A stretch of 64,000 bases of DNA from Eutreptiella sp. 'Long Island Sound 2002' (lineage: Eukaryota; Protista; Euglenida). The translations under genes and the position numbers were made by a program. This document shows, piece after piece, positions 58,268-64,000 of the stretch (position 1 is its first letter; each line of letters begins with the position of its first letter). The notes under the pieces were generated by a model, which worked only from the letters and a program-made list of their open reading frames with translations, did not search any database and had not been told where the DNA came from. The stretch spans positions 173,724,001-173,788,000 of the forward strand of contig OZ038378.1 in assembly GCA_964036045.1 (NCBI GenBank). The letters run 5' to 3'.

Positions 58268-60334
58268 ATGTCTTCTGCTATTACTGTCAATGTTGTACAT
58301 GCTGCAGTTACTGGTGCTTTTGCTACTACAGCCAAAGGGCTGTTGCGAAATGCATTACGTGGTGGGACTCTGCAAAAGCTTTTGCAATTCTGCCTCTTGT
58401 TGCGGAAGAATCGCAGGAGCCGGCACTCCCTGACACAGTTGAAGGCCGCCGCCACCGAGAAGAAGCCCCCACGATGGTACATGACATTTTTGTCACAGTT
58501 CCATGCCCTATACTGCCTGCTGCGCCGTATGGCCCTCCCATACTCTAACTGTGGGTCTGGTTACAACTGGGGTATTATGTCCTGCCGCCAACGCCGTAAG
58601 GTAGGAGTCCTTGGTCAGTGTAACACTAAGCAGGAGTCCATTCACCATCGTGCTGGACTAGCAGCACACAACTTGTGGAACACCATGCACCGTAGGCAAG
58701 TTTGTATATGGTTTGATAACCTGAGGCGTTACAGGTCGGGAGCTGATCCCCATTCACCCGACTTAACCCTAAACTGTACAGCTGTTGCTGTTTTGCACAC
58801 TACTGCCCTACCTGCATACCGGGGTCTGCCGGAGCTGGCCGAAATTGAGGCCAGGGTACCAAAGGTTGCTGATGACATCTTTCGCTCACATAGAGCATTG
58901 TTTGATCGTATTGATGTTGCCAACCAAGGTATTCAGAGAGTTTGGGTTCGTGCTCCTTTGGATATTGCCAGAAAAGATGTTCGTTCCCTCAACTGGAGAC
59001 CCTTTTTCCTGTCTGAGCTCCGCTCCGGCACACACAAAGAGCTTTTGCAACTCGTGGTTGATTTGTCATGTGTGGAACACCGCACCAGACACTGTGTTCC
59101 GCTGCTTGTGGACATGAAAATACACTTTGCCCTACTTAAGCTGTGTTATGGTGCTGCTTATGTTCCCTGGAATGTACCACAATTACTGTTGGGTTTTCCT
59201 TTGGTGTACGGAGTATGGCATAGCTATAAGTATTGCGTTGAATTGATCTACAGGGCGTTCCTGCCGTTCATTAAGTTTTTGGAGCAGGGGAACAGCCTTC
59301 AGGTTGGGTCTATCCTCCCTCGCAAGGTCAAGGTCATCCATATGGAGAAGACGTTGCTTGGACTCATGCTAGCCACATCGTCCAATAGAGGCAGACTAGA
59401 TGAGCGCGTCACTTCCCTGCTCAATAGCCAGCGGGACTTGACACCCATTCAACGCAAGGGTTTGCGTATGTTATTAGCCCTTAAGGCTTTGCTGTACACA
59501 TACTGTCCAGCTGCTTTCAGCATTGGGACTTTGGTTCGTGAGTGCAACTGGGAGGGACGGGGGGCAGGTTCCGGTATTGTAGCTAAGCAGGCACTTGAGA
59601 TGTCCCTACTGCTCATGCTGAACATCCTAAAGCCCGAGGAACAGTTAACCACGGAGTATGTGAAAACCACCGCTGTTGCTCTTTTGTTTTGGAGTCATTG
59701 GCATTCCGCTTCCCTAGGGTGTATCCACTCTGAGGAGCTGGGTGAGGCACTTTTGAGTCGGTTCTCAGCCCACTGTCGCCGCAACACTGCATGTACTAGT
59801 GTCCAACAGTCGTCTGATTTATTTCTGACACTTCCCCCTGTCCAACCCGGAGAGAAAGTTTTGCGTGGTGTGCTGACTGAGAGATCCGTGGCAATGTTCT
59901 CTGCCAATCTTAAACAATTCATCTTGACAGCCCATACACAGAGCCTGCCCATTTGTGTTCCCGTTCCGGACTATAAAGTTGAGGTGAGAAGACTGGATGC
60001 AGTTGAGGATTTGACGTTCCCCGGTACCATGTCTAGGACACGAATCACCACAGACCGTTTAAAAGTGGTTCTGTTGCATGCAATGCAAAATCTGGTTGCG
60101 CGTACCAGGGTTCCTGAGGGTGTTGAGGATTTTTTACAGACAAATGCACCTGCCCGCACTGCTGCCGAGCAAGGGGTGTTGCGTACTGCACATGCTTCTA
60201 TTCGCGCTGCCAACCGTGCACCGCCTGCTGCTCTGCTCCTGGTGGAATTGCCTTGCCCCCAAAGCCACCCCCGAAGCCCCGAGCCTGGTTGCGCAGCTGC
60301 TTTTGTCCGGTGTGCCTGTGTTCATTGCGGGTGA
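58268..60334 (+). CDS. 688-aa putative DDE transposase (DUF6589/Academ-like, insertion-domain type)
   Basis: Candidate triad WFDN (D, 58715), VDMKIH (D, 59111) and GEALLS (E, 59744), with a GVWH motif (59210-59221) in the position of the C/DxxH signature. DNL...NCTAVAV resembles the DN...T-A-x-V motif recalled for DUF6589-type proteins. Long, intronless, AT3-leaning, unlike host genes. Confidence 0.6.
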   Translation: MSSAITVNVVHAAVTGAFATTAKGLLRNALRGGTLQKLLQFCLLLRKNRRSRHSLTQLKAAATEKKPPRWYMTFLSQFHALYCLLRRMALPYSNCGSGYNWGIMSCRQRRKVGVLGQCNTKQESIHHRAGLAAHNLWNTMHRRQVCIWFDNLRRYRSGADPHSPDLTLNCTAVAVLHTTALPAYRGLPELAEIEARVPKVADDIFRSHRALFDRIDVANQGIQRVWVRAPLDIARKDVRSLNWRPFFLSELRSGTHKELLQLVVDLSCVEHRTRHCVPLLVDMKIHFALLKLCYGAAYVPWNVPQLLLGFPLVYGVWHSYKYCVELIYRAFLPFIKFLEQGNSLQVGSILPRKVKVIHMEKTLLGLMLATSSNRGRLDERVTSLLNSQRDLTPIQRKGLRMLLALKALLYTYCPAAFSIGTLVRECNWEGRGAGSGIVAKQALEMSLLLMLNILKPEEQLTTEYVKTTAVALLFWSHWHSASLGCIHSEELGEALLSRFSAHCRRNTACTSVQQSSDLFLTLPPVQPGEKVLRGVLTERSVAMFSANLKQFILTAHTQSLPICVPVPDYKVEVRRLDAVEDLTFPGTMSRTRITTDRLKVVLLHAMQNLVARTRVPEGVEDFLQTNAPARTAAEQGVLRTAHASIRAANRAPPAALLLVELPCPQSHPRSPEPGCAAAFVRCACVHCG

Positions 60335-61166
60335 GTCTGCTGATGTGAAAGCCACTGTTGCTGCTTTGAAGGCCACTGTGGCTGAGGATATGTATCAGTG
60401 TGATGTTGCACTTTACAATTTGTCCAGCAAGACCCCGCTGTACACTTCTACGTCCCATCTGGTTTCCATTTGTTCTGCCACTGCCTTTGATAACAGGCTT
60501 CCCCGTTACGTGGCTTTTACTGAAGGACCCATGTCGTCTGTGATGCCTGTTGAAATATTCTCATTTCTTTTGAGCCTGGTTCCGGTCCCAGAACGGGCAG
60601 GCAACTGGTTTTTGCTGGGGACTCTGTCTGTGTATTTTGCAAGCATGATGTCTACCAGGTTTTCCAAGGACTGTAATGTTGTGTGTGCCCTTTTGGGTGA
60701 GGAGACTGTTGTGCCCGATGACTTTGTTCAGCTCATCAGAGCAGGTATCACCAACGCCGACACGTGCCCCCCCAAGTCATGGGAGGATGTGTACCACGAC
60801 TTGGGGGCAGGTTTTCCTGTGGATTGTTCTGGGGTTAGGTATGTAGATGAGGATCCTGAGGAGCAAGATGGGGAGGCAGAGTCGCAACCAGAGACACAGA
60901 CTCCAAAGAAGAAACCCAAAACTGCCCCTGCCCCCTCACCCAGTGGCACGCAGTGCGCTCAGGCCACCCCAGCTTCCTCCTCAGGCACTGTTGCCCCTAC
61001 TGGCAAAGGTATGAATACTTTTGTGAATCATTTTTCACCATCCCAGGGTGGAAACACACAGTCACAGAACTCTGCCACTGCCAAGTCTGGTGCTGCAGCC
61101 CCTGCCAAGCAGCCTGCTAACACAGGTGCTAAGAAGCCCCGTGCATCTGGTCTGCGCAAGCGCTAA
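60078..61166 (+). CDS. Overlapping downstream ORF (probable frameshifted C-terminal part or second protein of the element)
   Basis: 362-aa open frame, protein-like from ~60255. Acidic EDPEEQDGE then a P/T/S/A-rich tail with basic NLS-like PKKKPK and KKPR..RKR. Stops 40 bp before the right-hand palindrome. Confidence 0.55.
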   Translation: MQCKIWLRVPGFLRVLRIFYRQMHLPALLPSKGCCVLHMLLFALPTVHRLLLCSWWNCLAPKATPEAPSLVAQLLLSGVPVFIAGESADVKATVAALKATVAEDMYQCDVALYNLSSKTPLYTSTSHLVSICSATAFDNRLPRYVAFTEGPMSSVMPVEIFSFLLSLVPVPERAGNWFLLGTLSVYFASMMSTRFSKDCNVVCALLGEETVVPDDFVQLIRAGITNADTCPPKSWEDVYHDLGAGFPVDCSGVRYVDEDPEEQDGEAESQPETQTPKKKPKTAPAPSPSGTQCAQATPASSSGTVAPTGKGMNTFVNHFSPSQGGNTQSQNSATAKSGAAAPAKQPANTGAKKPRASGLRKR

Positions 61167-61205
61167 TGCCAGTCCTGCTGCTTATATTGCCTGTCAGCAT
61201 GAAGT

Positions 61206-61528
61206 CTGGCCGAAATTTCGGCCAGCATGCAGTCCTCAGCCTCTTCGGCCTTTTATTATTGTGTTTCCCCATAGGCACTGCAAAAGTCTGCTTTGATTCG
61301 TCAGGTGGCAAGTATTTGCTTGTAATTGAGTATATTATGTTGCACACCCTGTTCAAATGTCACTGCTCCTGTGTTCCTTGCTCATGTCTACTGTCTTAGG
61401 TACCCATTTCAGTGATCATATTCGGAGTTTCGATGGACCTGGCCGAAATTTCGGCCAGCTTAGGCCTGTCTGTCAAATAGGACCATGTGTTTGGACTTTT
61501 TCGAAGAGCTGGCCGAAATTTCGGCCAG
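61206..61528. repeat. Three further copies of the 20-bp palindrome downstream of the ORFs
   Basis: Exact copies at 61206, 61439 and 61509; the last two are again 70 bp apart. Confidence 0.97.
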
Positions 61529-62606
61529 GTTGGTTAAAATAGGAAATACAAGTACATGCTTTGGGATAGTTTTTTGTGTGCTTCAATGAAAGGTATGTTT
61601 GGGGTTCCCTCATCTGTGGTGTATAGGGGGGTTCTGTGATCAACCTCGAACAAAGGGGAGAGAAAAATAGGCAGCCCCCCCCCCCCCCCCCACACACACT
61701 GGAATGCAGTGGTCTAAATGTAAAACAACACTATATTTTGGTGATTGAATGTCTTTATTTTGAAAATCTGTGTGTTTCCAGAAATGCAAATAATGGCATA
61801 TATTTGAAATACACACCTTGTTTTTGCATGTTGCCACCAGGGGGGTTTGGGTACCCAAAAAATAACACCCCTTTTCACATACTTTCCCCCTCATTACAAC
61901 ATGGACTTCCGTGGGCCATAGCGCCAGGTGGGGGGTGGGCAACTTGTGACGCCTAAGAGTTAGAAGGTGGAAACACGAACGAACCATACTTGCTGTCTGT
62001 CACAAGGCGCACTGGTTGAGAAACTTGAAGCACCTCTGCAAGCCATGAGTTCTGCCTGGTTATTACTTGATCCAGGACACCACCGGGTGCTGCATCCTTG
62101 TGCTATGGTTGTGGGCTCAAGGCCCCCGTAGAGAGCTCCACCTACCGATGGCGGACTTAAGCTGCGGTCCGGATGTCTGAGTCGCTGCGGGCTTTGATAC
62201 CCCTAGCACCTAGTCCAGCTAGGCAGGCTGGACTATCAATCCTGACCTTGCCCGGGGAGGCTGTCGGCAGCCGGGGATGCATGGGCGGGCAGTGGGTGAG
62301 GTGGCAGGGCACACGGTCATGCATGTGTGTCTTGGTGCTCCATGGGTGGGAACCAAGGGCAGGAGCCGTGGTTTCGTTGACGGTTGATGGCTATTAATGT
62401 CCTGGCCGCTCTTGCGACGGGGGGGTTAGGGGTTAGCGGGTTAGAGCCGTGGTTTCGTTGACGGCACGCTGTCTATATGGAGATTGTAGACCCCAGCAGG
62501 GTTGGCCTCTGTTGGGCGTTGGAACACGGAACACATGGTTATCTGCAGGTGGTAGGATGTAGGAATGTTGAACCTCGCAGTTTGCACATGAGTGAATGAT
62601 GGCCTT

Positions 62607-62607
<1 letters not shown>

Positions 62608-62697
<90 letters not shown>

Positions 62698-62703
62698 ACA
62701 CAC
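62608..62703. repeat. (CA)n microsatellite
   Basis: Nearly pure CA run. Confidence 0.98.
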
Positions 62704-62877
62704 TGTTGAGTGCTATCTTCGGTATATTCTGCCAACAATGCGAACTTCAATTGCACACAGCATCATCCATGCACAAAGGGAGACCTCCTGCTGTTAACAA
62801 TGAGATCTTGACTTCAACCATCATGGGACACTGTGTTGCATGTGCAAGTGGACTGCCGTTGTTGTCATCATGGTTGG

Positions 62878-62985
62878 GGTTGTTGTTGTTGGTGTTGTTG
62901 TTGTTGGTGTTGTTGTTGTTGGTGTTGTTGTAGTTTTGCTGCTGTAGTTGTTGTTGCTGCTGCTGCTGCTGCTGCCGCCGCTGCT
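62878..62985. repeat. (GTT)n/(GCT)n trinucleotide repeats
   Basis: GTTGTTGTTGGT x3 plus a GCT run; Q- or T-rich on the minus strand. Confidence 0.9.
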
Positions 62986-63846
62986 ATGATCTGTGTTTGA
63001 TTTTGCTGCTGCCATTATTGTTGCTGCTGAGCTTGCTTGTGTTGAGGGCGCTACCCCTCCCCGCTGCTAAGGGCACTGTGCTTTTTGCTGCTTGCCCTTC
63101 CTGTGAGGCCAACAAGTAGTCTCCTATACAATGGTTTACGTTTGCAGCAGAGTATTATGTTGTGGTTTCAAAACTCTGATTGCTCTCCATACAAGAGCCG
63201 GAAAGGGTTGACAATGGTTCCCCTCTAGCCTGCCGCTGGGGGGGGGCAGGTAGAGATGCTTGCTGTCACCTTTGCTGCTGTTGGTGTTGCTGTTGAACTG
63301 GTGACGATTGAGAACTTTCACCTGCCGCTTGTTGCGCATTGTAGGGGGGTGTTGCCTGAACCGTGCGCGCACCGTGCGCGCACCGTGCGTCCTTTTGCGT
63401 ATTCTGTGTCCACCAGATCCACAATGCCTGAATCTGAGCTGCCCTGGCTTGTTGTCGCCGGACTGCCTGTGTACTACCCACCGCTCCAGCGGGGATAGGG
63501 TGTCGGCCACTGTCGTTGACCCTTCTCCAAGAGGTGGGCGTCGCGTCTCTATTCGGTACGAATAGGGTGGTGAAGAGGTCTTGTACGAGCATGCACCCGA
63601 GGAGCGGTTGGAGTTTGCAATTGTGACTGCTGAGAGCCCCGATCCCCCCAACCTGTGCACCATGAGGCGCCGATGGACGCTTTGCTGGAGCCCCAATTAC
63701 CTGAAGTGGAAGCTGAAGCCCCTAGAATTGATGATCATGAGCCAGAATGCTGTGGCGGATGAAATTGAAATTCCCGTAACCCAACCCAACCAGTGTTGTC
63801 GCTTGTGTTGTCGCCTGTGCATGGTTTGTTACGGAGGTGCGTGCAA

Positions 63847-64000
63847 GGTGCAGAAATTGGGAGCCTGGAACCTGTGACAAGCATCAGATTCAAAAAAAAA
63901 AAATTCCCGGTACGCCAATAGGGGCTGCAGGGTGCAGAAAATAGGACCCTGGAACCTTTGACAAGCATCAGACTAAAAATTGAAGAATCCTGGTATGCCA
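63847..64000. repeat. ~84-bp imperfect tandem repeat running off the window end
   Basis: GGTGCAGAAA..CCTGGAACCT.TGACAAGCATCAGA at 63847 and 63931. Confidence 0.8.

Noticed and set aside
60590-60700. Ulp1/SENP protease-like start (GNWFLLGTLSVYF) in ORF2
   Set aside because: No downstream His-Trp, Asp or Gln-x-Cys catalytic motifs.

Overview
AT/GC-balanced, repeat-rich eukaryotic DNA, most likely from a euglenid (Euglena-like). The evidence is a near-perfect Euglena spliced-leader (SL) exon at 46664-46688, GT-AG introns, probable trans-splice acceptors and a gag-YR-RT retroelement. Host coding content is sparse: a 3-exon gene for a zinc-knuckle/coiled-coil protein (17990-21712), an intronless NDUFA7-like gene (42570-42983), an SL-fused intronless retrocopy encoding a 2-TM protein (46712-47233) and a frameshifted FtsX-like permease remnant. 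The rest is mostly transposon debris: a 3'-truncated VIPER/TATE-like tyrosine-recombinase retrotransposon bracketed by a perfect 115-bp duplication, a PIF/Harbinger family (transposase remnant plus MITEs with 3-bp TSDs), a CCC-terminal TIR family carrying an unrecognised protein motif, hAT remnants, several RNase H-bearing LINE remnants and microsatellites. The most unusual structure is at 57.9-61.5 kb: a large DDE-transposase-like coding region flanked by copies of a perfect 20-bp palindrome (CTGGCCGAAATTTCGGCCAG), mostly at ~70-bp period with different ~50-bp spacers. No rRNA, tRNA or cas genes were seen. All homology calls are motif recognition by eye, not database searches, and boundaries of degenerate remnants are approximate.
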